Below, one piece after another: positions 47,322 to 54,275 of a DNA stretch of 54,275 nt. Each line of letters opens with the position of its first letter. The first letter of the stretch is position 1. This DNA comes from Gammaproteobacteria bacterium (GTDB lineage: Bacteria > Pseudomonadota > Gammaproteobacteria > Eutrophobiales > Eutrophobiaceae). The position numbers and the translations under genes are program-made. The stretch lies in the NCBI GenBank assembly GCA_003645215.1, contig QNEM01000001.1, positions 1 to 54,275 of the forward strand, read 5' to 3'. The notes beneath the pieces were generated by a model. That model did not search any database and had not been told where the DNA came from. It worked only from the letters and a program-made list of their open reading frames with translations.

Positions 47322-48023
47322 ATGAATGAATATATTGGCAAAGATCTGGAGTCGATGTCATTTGCGAAAAATTATAGCAAATGGCTGGTAGAATTTTGTG
47401 AGCCCTACCTGGGTTCTACCGTAGCGGAGATTGGAGCTGGCACAGGAAATTTGACAGAATTATTTTCAAGACATCCTGATATAGAAAAACTCATCGCATT
47501 TGAACCATCTGAAAAAATGTCGGATATTTTACAAAAAAAGATGGCTCTGGATAAGCATGTAAAGGCTGTCAATAATACTCTGATGGATGAAAAGGATAGC
47601 TACATAAATTGTTTTGAATCAATCTTATATATCAATGTACTTGAACATATAGAAAATGACAGAAATGAAGCAGCAACAATTTACGAATGCTTAAAGAGTA
47701 AAGGTTATGTATGTATCTTCGTCCCTGCCTTATCTTTCCTGTATAGTGAATTTGACAGGTCGATTGGTCATTACAGACGGTATCATAAACCACAACTTGT
47801 TGACCTTTTTCAATCACAGGGTTTTAATATAATTAATGTAAAATATGTTGATATGCCTGGTATTATTCCTTGGTATATAGCTTTTGTATTATTAAAGAAA
47901 GGATTGAATAAAAACAACACTTCCGTCTATGACAAAATTGCAATACCAATTATCAGAATTATTGAAAATATTATTACACCACCTGTCGGGAAGAATTTAT
48001 TATTGATCGCACAAAAACCATGA
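47322..48023 (+). CDS. Class I SAM-dependent methyltransferase
   Basis: 233 aa; motif I VAEIGAGTGNLTELF, and post-I and motif II spacing consistent with the Methyltransf_11/23 type. Confidence 0.8.
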   Translation: MNEYIGKDLESMSFAKNYSKWLVEFCEPYLGSTVAEIGAGTGNLTELFSRHPDIEKLIAFEPSEKMSDILQKKMALDKHVKAVNNTLMDEKDSYINCFESILYINVLEHIENDRNEAATIYECLKSKGYVCIFVPALSFLYSEFDRSIGHYRRYHKPQLVDLFQSQGFNIINVKYVDMPGIIPWYIAFVLLKKGLNKNNTSVYDKIAIPIIRIIENIITPPVGKNLLLIAQKP

Positions 48024-48077
48024 TTATTTTTGTAATTATTTAATTTTAATAATCTCATTTTACATAGAGTATCGTTT

Positions 48078-48782
48078 ATGAACTACACATTGCTATTACC
48101 AACACTAAATGAAATTAATGGCATGAAGGCAATCATGCCAAAAGTTGATCATGAATTATTTGAACAAATTCTTGTTTTAGATGGTGGCTCTACTGATGGA
48201 ACCATCGAGTGGGCTAAAGAACAAGGCTATGAAGTTCATATTCAGACAAAACCCGGAATCAGAAATGCATATAATGAAGTACTGCCACTTATAAGGGGGG
48301 ATATATTAATAACATTCAGTCCAGATGGTAATTCTGTACCTGAACTACTACCAGACTTGATAGAAGAAATGGAAAAAGGTCGCGACATGGTAATTGTATC
48401 CAGATATCTTGGCGACGCTGTTAGTGATGATGACGATATAGTTACAAAGTTTGGTAATTGGTTATTCACCAAAACAGTGAATATCTTACATAATGCTAGC
48501 TATACTGATGTTATGGTCATATACAGAGCATACAAGACTCAGCTCATATATGATCTTGAGCTTAACCTGGATGAAGGCTATGTAACGCCAGAAAGGTTGT
48601 TCAGAACATTAATAAGCTGGGAACCATTGCTATCTGTCCGCGCAGCTAAACGAAAGCTGGATATTGGTGAGATACCGGGTGATGAGCCAGAACGTATTGG
48701 TGGAGAAAGAAAATTGCAGGTGTTTAAGTGGGGCGCAGCATATTATTTTCAATTTTTTAGAGAGAAATTTTACTGGAACTAA
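48078..48782 (+). CDS. Glycosyltransferase family 2, second Dpm1-like paralogue
   Basis: 234 aa; LLLPTLNE, VLDGGSTDGT, ITFSPDGNS, VSRYLGD. Confidence 0.8.
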   Translation: MNYTLLLPTLNEINGMKAIMPKVDHELFEQILVLDGGSTDGTIEWAKEQGYEVHIQTKPGIRNAYNEVLPLIRGDILITFSPDGNSVPELLPDLIEEMEKGRDMVIVSRYLGDAVSDDDDIVTKFGNWLFTKTVNILHNASYTDVMVIYRAYKTQLIYDLELNLDEGYVTPERLFRTLISWEPLLSVRAAKRKLDIGEIPGDEPERIGGERKLQVFKWGAAYYFQFFREKFYWN

Positions 48783-48787
48783 CATAT

Positions 48788-50587
48788 TTATTTCCTTTTC
48801 AATATTAGTACTCCATACTTTCCATCCTCGCTAAATGGCATCGTTCCATACAATGCATAAAAATTGTATGTATCATCAATATGCTTAATAGTATCAATCA
48901 GATAATCCTTCCCCAGCACCGGCAAATCCCACTCAAATGCATACCTTGGCACAATAAAGATATAATCAAATTTCTTTTCATCAATCTCCTGTATTAAGCT
49001 TAGTTCTCTCTCTGAATCTGCAGTTAAATCCGGCAAATGTGAATTGTTATATGAAGTAGGCACTACATCCAGAAAATAATTTAACATGTAACCTTCTGGC
49101 AGTACCATAACTGTATCTTCTTTATTTAAACTGGATTTAAAATCATTTATTAAATATTGTGTTGCATCATACTGGTATTCGTATAGATACAATGCTCCTT
49201 TATCCGTGGTTAATCGTTTGTTTTTCTCCTCTGAAACATCAACTGTGTTTGAGAATGACGAGTAACACATCGTTGAAAAATATATTGTGAATGCTATTTT
49301 CAGTAATTTTGTTCGCTTGTTAAAATACTTCCTTGCGATAAGTGGAATGTAATAATAAATAACAACAATAATGCACATGCTCGATGGCACTAGTAAATAA
49401 AACCCATAAAAGTTTGTAGTGTTATTAAATGCCATTCTGAATGTCAGGGCCAGACTACTTAATGTTATGACAAGCATTACTTTATGCTTAACACACCTAT
49501 GATCTTTCCCCCGGCTAAAAACAATACCCAATAAATATACTGTAAACGGCAATAATATTAATGAAGAACTGTTGAATAGAAAATCATACCCTTCAACATT
49601 AATTATTTGTGTAGTAATTAAAAGTATAGTTATGAATACTAATATCTGGATGTAATTATAACGTGCTTTTTTTATGGCATAATTATCAATCAAGATAAAT
49701 AATGTTCCGCAAGTAATAAAAAACAAAAAAGATGTTATTGCTTTAGTAAAATGATATTCAATATTGTTTAAACCAAGCGCTGTTCTACCTATTAAATTAT
49801 TCAGGTTTTTCTTTACCAAATAATATATTTCATTATTTACATAATCAAAATAATATATGTAAACAAACAGTAAAACAGCTATTGGTATAATCCAGAATAG
49901 TATTATGGCATTTCTCTTCCCACCCTCTAGATTCTTTTCTTTAGATAAACAACTATTATTGTTGTTAAATAATAATGGTAAAAACATTAAAACAATCAGT
50001 GTTGATAATATTATCTCTAATTTTGAAAGCATACAGACTGATATAGAAACTATTAAAAACAGAAGTGGTGCTATTTTTCTGTCCATTAGATACTTTAATG
50101 TATTTAAATAAACTAATAACAGGCATAACAATCCAATAATAGAAACATAGCTATATGGAAGAATATAATTAAATATATTTATGGGTTCAGAATGATATGC
50201 AAAAAGAAATATAAATATTATTGATGAAAGTAAGGCATATATCCTGTTAATGTACACCTCACTTATCTTAAATATTATTAATGATATGGCTATAGATACA
50301 GTCAACCCTGTTATTCGGAATACATCCAGACCAGAACCAAATATTTTACAGATCAAGGCAAAGAAGTACGGGACTATGGGGCCGTATTCATAGTGAAAGT
50401 CTTTATATATAACCTGACCATCCAGTATCCTCAGTGGGACAGTAACTTCTCTTGAACTATCAATAAAGATATCACCAAATTTCTCACCAAATTTCAGAAA
50501 TAAGATGATATTCAGTACAAATAATATCAGGCCTATGACATAAATATTTAGAACTCTTTCAATCTTGTAATTATTTTCAGTAATCAT
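48788..50587 (-). CDS. Polytopic membrane protein, probable GT-C-fold glycosyltransferase (ArnT/PMT-like)
   Basis: 599 aa, very AT-rich gene, at least 10 hydrophobic helices followed by a roughly 150-aa soluble C-terminal domain. An acidic/aromatic first loop (DGQVIYKDFHYEYGP) is reminiscent of GT-C enzymes. The call rests on architecture and context only. Confidence 0.5.
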   Translation of the reverse strand: MITENNYKIERVLNIYVIGLILFVLNIILFLKFGEKFGDIFIDSSREVTVPLRILDGQVIYKDFHYEYGPIVPYFFALICKIFGSGLDVFRITGLTVSIAISLIIFKISEVYINRIYALLSSIIFIFLFAYHSEPINIFNYILPYSYVSIIGLLCLLLVYLNTLKYLMDRKIAPLLFLIVSISVCMLSKLEIILSTLIVLMFLPLLFNNNNSCLSKEKNLEGGKRNAIILFWIIPIAVLLFVYIYYFDYVNNEIYYLVKKNLNNLIGRTALGLNNIEYHFTKAITSFLFFITCGTLFILIDNYAIKKARYNYIQILVFITILLITTQIINVEGYDFLFNSSSLILLPFTVYLLGIVFSRGKDHRCVKHKVMLVITLSSLALTFRMAFNNTTNFYGFYLLVPSSMCIIVVIYYYIPLIARKYFNKRTKLLKIAFTIYFSTMCYSSFSNTVDVSEEKNKRLTTDKGALYLYEYQYDATQYLINDFKSSLNKEDTVMVLPEGYMLNYFLDVVPTSYNNSHLPDLTADSERELSLIQEIDEKKFDYIFIVPRYAFEWDLPVLGKDYLIDTIKHIDDTYNFYALYGTMPFSEDGKYGVLILKRK

Positions 50588-50616
50588 TAAGCAGATATAT
50601 TATTGTATGGTAATAT

Positions 50617-51606
50617 TTATTTTGATAAGACTTCTTCAAAAAGTAATTTGTATCTATCAATCATTAAATCAATATGAAACTTTTCAATAGCAATTGTTCT
50701 ATTAAACTCACCCATTTCATTTCTCAATATCTGTGTATTAGCTAAATTATTTATTCTATCTGCAAAACCAGTAGTGTCTCCTGGCTCACACAAATATCCT
50801 CCCTCGCCATCAATTACCAACTCCGGTATTGCTGAACAATTTGTTGCGATGACAGGCAATCCACACGCCATTGCCTCAGCTATAACTAAACCAAAACCTT
50901 CACGTAATGAAGGAAATAGTAAAATATCTGCTTCTCTATAGAGTTGATGTATATTGTCGTGGCTGATTTTACCGACACATCTTGCTTTTGGATGTTTAAT
51001 AATATGATTTTTGCCAGCTGGTCCTGAGGTGTAGATTAATTCAATATTTTTCTCTGTCTTATCAAGTATTTGCGGGATAAGATTTACACCTTTCTTTCTT
51101 GTTGGATTACCACAAAATAATAATTTAACAGGATTTTTATTACTTTTAATTTTCTTTTGTGGAATAAATTTATCCGTATCAACACCATTATAGATAACAC
51201 GTATCTCGCGCTCATATCCCAGGTCTTCTCGTACCGTCCTGGCTAAATATTGACTTACGGCCGTAATGACAGTTGATACTTCCAATGACTTTTTTATGAA
51301 ATATTTCAGATCTGTTGCATAGTGTATGTTCTGCATAAGGCTTGAATATCTTCTCAGATACTGATCCAGGACATAGCTATGAAATGTTGATATTAATGGT
51401 TTGCCTTTCTTATATGAAAATAAAGAATAATCGACCGGAGCATGTATGATGTCTGCCGAATCAGTAGTTAATAATTTTATTAACGGGGGAAATAAGGTGA
51501 GGAAGGGATTATATGCTTTTACACTATATCCTTTTATTTTATTTTCCAGGGCTTTGTGAACAACATATGCACCATTACCGTATGCTACAGGACTTTGTAT
51601 ATCCAT
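50617..51606 (-). CDS. Glycosyltransferase family 4 (GT-B fold)
   Basis: 329 aa; EGFGLVIAEAMACGLPVIAT (E-x7-E motif region). Confidence 0.85.
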   Translation of the reverse strand: MDIQSPVAYGNGAYVVHKALENKIKGYSVKAYNPFLTLFPPLIKLLTTDSADIIHAPVDYSLFSYKKGKPLISTFHSYVLDQYLRRYSSLMQNIHYATDLKYFIKKSLEVSTVITAVSQYLARTVREDLGYEREIRVIYNGVDTDKFIPQKKIKSNKNPVKLLFCGNPTRKKGVNLIPQILDKTEKNIELIYTSGPAGKNHIIKHPKARCVGKISHDNIHQLYREADILLFPSLREGFGLVIAEAMACGLPVIATNCSAIPELVIDGEGGYLCEPGDTTGFADRINNLANTQILRNEMGEFNRTIAIEKFHIDLMIDRYKLLFEEVLSK

Positions 51607-51639
51607 AATTAGTTCATATCTTTCCTGGTAACCTATTTG

Positions 51640-53217
51640 TCAAACTACAACGATGGTTTCCTTATCATGCTTCATAAACTCAGAATAAAACCTGACAAAT
51701 GTACTTGCTACAACATAGAACTTCTTCGATTCTGTTTCAGATTTTGTTCCTAGTTCTTTCACATCTTTACTATTAAATATTCTGTCACATTCTATTTCTG
51801 GTAATAATCCAACAATTCTAAAAAGGGATAAAATTACTGCATCTATCTTGTCCAGTATTATTACTACTGGAACTTCTGTAGTTTTTTCAGTTTCCCTCAT
51901 CTCATCAAGGTAAATTATCATATCAATCATGCTGGATGAAAATATATTTCTAACAGCATATGCACGCGTAATCATATCTGGCGCATTGATTAAACGACCT
52001 GGGGACAATATAGAAGGAGATCTTAATACTTGTGTTATTAACCTCATAAAATACAAGAAATCCACTAACAATTTATATATCTTTGTCTTTATCTTTATCT
52101 GGATGTCTAATTCCGACTTGATTGCATTTCTTGCCTCTTCAATTGTCCTGTAATCTTCAGTTTCCAGTGCATGATTAATCTTCTCATGATAAATGGATTT
52201 TACAGTAAAACTGTCATTCCCTTGATATATCCGTGAACCATAAAATGACTCTACCAGGTTCATACCATCTATTTTTGGGGTGTTGTATATACCACTATTT
52301 AATAAATCTATATCCCAATGTGGTGCGTCATCATAATTTATCGCCTTTTCAATCAAATCTTCTACATTATCATTTTTGCCTAATCTTATTGATTTAATGG
52401 CTTTGTTCTCCACTAACGGTAATGTACGTCCACTTACCAGGGCCATTAATGAAGTAGTTGATACATTTTTACCATCATGGGGTCCCATATAGTTATCAAC
52501 ACCATCAGAGCCTGGATGCCAGGTGTGATACATAAATTCACTTTCAGACCATACTTCATGACTTCCTGTGTTTACCAACCTGAAGGTCATGTCGTATGGC
52601 CCACATATATGACCTACAAAATCTATATGTTCATCGGCTCCGCCTATATCGATTAAGTCCTTTTTCCTTGCGCACATACATGCACCATAGTTACGTGAAT
52701 GTATGGGATCTGATATATCCTCAACTCCAGATGTTTTTCCATCAGCATGATTTATACATCCCTCACCCAGGACTTGCTCGAACGTAGGGTAATTGAATGG
52801 ATAATATTCCTTCTTGGTATTTCTGAACTGATCAATGTGAAAAACTATATTGCTATCTGTGCTAAATGCTTCAATTATCGAACTAACATAAGACGGTTTA
52901 ACCATGGCGTCTGAGTCACAGATTGAAATTATTTCACCATTGCTTGCAACAATCCCCAGGTTATACATCAAGTGTTTATGGTAATAGCCTGTTTCAGGCA
53001 TCTCCATAACAATCCATGTATCTACCTGTTCCTGATATTTTCTGATCCCTTCAAATTCACGGCTATAATATTCAATAATAATAACTTCATAATCGTCTCT
53101 TGCGCATTCCTGCTTCTCCAGATAATCAAAAATATGAAAACTTTCCCTCACATTCCAATCCAGAAGAATAAAACTTACTTTTGGGCTATTTCTCTGACTT
53201 TTCTTTATGAAATACAT
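51640..53217 (-). CDS. 525-aa glycosyltransferase-like protein (N-terminal GT2-like domain plus an unknown C-terminal half)
   Basis: VSFILLDWNVRESFHIFDYLEKQ...YEVIIIEYY...CDSDAMV (DxD) looks like GT-A/GT2. I do not recognise residues from about 300 onward. Confidence 0.55.
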   Translation of the reverse strand: MYFIKKSQRNSPKVSFILLDWNVRESFHIFDYLEKQECARDDYEVIIIEYYSREFEGIRKYQEQVDTWIVMEMPETGYYHKHLMYNLGIVASNGEIISICDSDAMVKPSYVSSIIEAFSTDSNIVFHIDQFRNTKKEYYPFNYPTFEQVLGEGCINHADGKTSGVEDISDPIHSRNYGACMCARKKDLIDIGGADEHIDFVGHICGPYDMTFRLVNTGSHEVWSESEFMYHTWHPGSDGVDNYMGPHDGKNVSTTSLMALVSGRTLPLVENKAIKSIRLGKNDNVEDLIEKAINYDDAPHWDIDLLNSGIYNTPKIDGMNLVESFYGSRIYQGNDSFTVKSIYHEKINHALETEDYRTIEEARNAIKSELDIQIKIKTKIYKLLVDFLYFMRLITQVLRSPSILSPGRLINAPDMITRAYAVRNIFSSSMIDMIIYLDEMRETEKTTEVPVVIILDKIDAVILSLFRIVGLLPEIECDRIFNSKDVKELGTKSETESKKFYVVASTFVRFYSEFMKHDKETIVVV

Positions 53218-53239
53218 TTATTATTACTTACTCATATAT

Positions 53240-54275
53240 TTATTTAACAACTGACCAGATGGCCCACATTATCCTGGATAAGATATTATATGGATGGGCA
53301 GTCGACTTTTTACTTTCAGGATTATTTATAACCTGGTTTATACGCTTTGTTTGCCACATGCGGATAAGTTTTGGATATTCGGATCCCAGCATTAAACATT
53401 GCTTTAATTCACCAAGCGCATCTGCCTGAGGCAATGCCTCCATTTGCTGTTTCGTGAGAGATGAAATATCAATTTCACCGATTGAAGTCGGAATGGCATA
53501 GTAGTTCCGGTTGAACTTTACGATATTAAAATTCATATAGCCTGATTCAATTAATATAGGCGTATCTGAAAAATTGATATCAGCGAGTAATAATGGCCTT
53601 TCCTGAAATTCTTTTGCTCGTTTAGGAATATAGTTGCTAATAGTTTCATCTATATACTCATAACCGAGGTTTTTCATAAAATCCTGATCCAGCTTATTAA
53701 ACCTGGTGAAGTGCCTTTCTTCAAAACAATCAAGATGTTGACCAATTTTTCCAGCATTGAATGTAGGAGAGTCTTTATCAAAAATATTATCTACATATTT
53801 TTCAGGGTCCCCCGGGATATGTAATTTTAATTGCAAAGACCAGATGAGATTTTGCTGCTGCTGCTGATCCCCACCTCCAGATACACCAACAAGTTCTTCA
53901 AATGAAACAGGGAGCACATTGGGGAAATCCAGGTATGCAATAAAGTTTCCAACACGATCTCTAATGGAGCCCAATAGCCATGGATCATCTATTAATCTCT
54001 CCAGGCGATCTCCGAAAGATAACTGTTGTAGATACCCGGAGTAAATTGTTGCACCTTCTTTATGATAATAATTTGCCTCCGATACCAGAATATCCAGAGG
54101 GTTTCTATAAATCATGATTGTTGGAGTAGTGGCAAATGGATGGTCCCTGTTTCCAAAAGGTGATCTGCGTACAGTATCTATAAAAAAGTCACGGGCACTG
54201 GTATGTGAATTTGAATATTCCAGACAATACCAGGTTCCTGGTTGTGGTGAATAAGTTAACTCCCCTCCGGCCTTA
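53240..54275 (-). CDS. Sulfotransferase-family protein, 5'-truncated by the window end
   Basis: RNPLDILVSEANYY resembles the sulfotransferase 3'-phosphate-binding motif. The frame stays open upstream of the track Met (54115) to the window end. It reads KAGGELTYSPQPGTWYCLEY..., where PQPGTWY resembles the PKSGTTW 5'-PSB loop. Confidence 0.6.
   Translation of the reverse strand, partial: KAGGELTYSPQPGTWYCLEYSNSHTSARDFFIDTVRRSPFGNRDHPFATTPTIMIYRNPLDILVSEANYYHKEGATIYSGYLQQLSFGDRLERLIDDPWLLGSIRDRVGNFIAYLDFPNVLPVSFEELVGVSGGGDQQQQQNLIWSLQLKLHIPGDPEKYVDNIFDKDSPTFNAGKIGQHLDCFEERHFTRFNKLDQDFMKNLGYEYIDETISNYIPKRAKEFQERPLLLADINFSDTPILIESGYMNFNIVKFNRNYYAIPTSIGEIDISSLTKQQMEALPQADALGELKQCLMLGSEYPKLIRMWQTKRINQVINNPESKKSTAHPYNILSRIMWAIWSVVK

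Noticed and set aside
53240-54115. Treating the 291-aa ORF as a complete gene
   Set aside because: The reading frame is open upstream to the window end and contains a PAPS-loop-like motif there, so Met 54115 is internal.

Overview
This 54.3-kb segment looks like a gammaproteobacterial chromosome. That is an inference from synteny: ubiE-ubiJ-ubiB, hslVU, dapF-DUF484-xerC, ilvIH-ilvC-(psd-like)-pssA-leuA, hda-DUF2066 next to purM, and trmJ divergent from suhB. I call about 55 protein genes. I found no rRNA, tRNA, CRISPR array, transposase or phage genes by eye. Most of the window is housekeeping. The parts worth a second look are: (1) Two families of non-coding inverted-repeat (MITE-like) elements. 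One family has two 264-bp copies in opposite orientation, a shorter relative and a solo end. Its internal hairpins carry compensatory substitutions. One copy abuts an ABC permease start codon and another sits between a psd-like gene and pssA. (2) An ECF sigma module: a periplasmic M(S/T)PEE-repeat protein, a sigma factor with no ATG/GTG/TTG start, and a single-pass membrane partner. (3) An orphan GspG-like pseudopilin with an atypical leader, directly upstream of a 937-aa sensor GGDEF-EAL protein. (4) A tightly packed rlmD / family-5 SBP lipoprotein / signal-less YkuD / truncated haemoglobin / signal-peptide Pcm gene string, with the matching ABC permeases 9 kb away and no ATPase in view. (5) A leuA leader with a Leu-rich mini-ORF and four mutually exclusive hairpins. 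(6) A Psd-like protein with Gly where the pyruvoyl-forming Ser should be. (7) HslV with a Gly-Thr propeptide. (8) A 535-aa uncharacterised protein. (9) An AT-rich glycan-modification island from about 46.6 kb to the window end, containing fcl, two Dpm1-like GT2s, a SAM methyltransferase, a GT-C-like membrane protein, a GT4, a 525-aa GT2-like protein and a sulfotransferase that runs off the edge. All functional calls come from reading the supplied translations and recalling family motifs. No database search was run.
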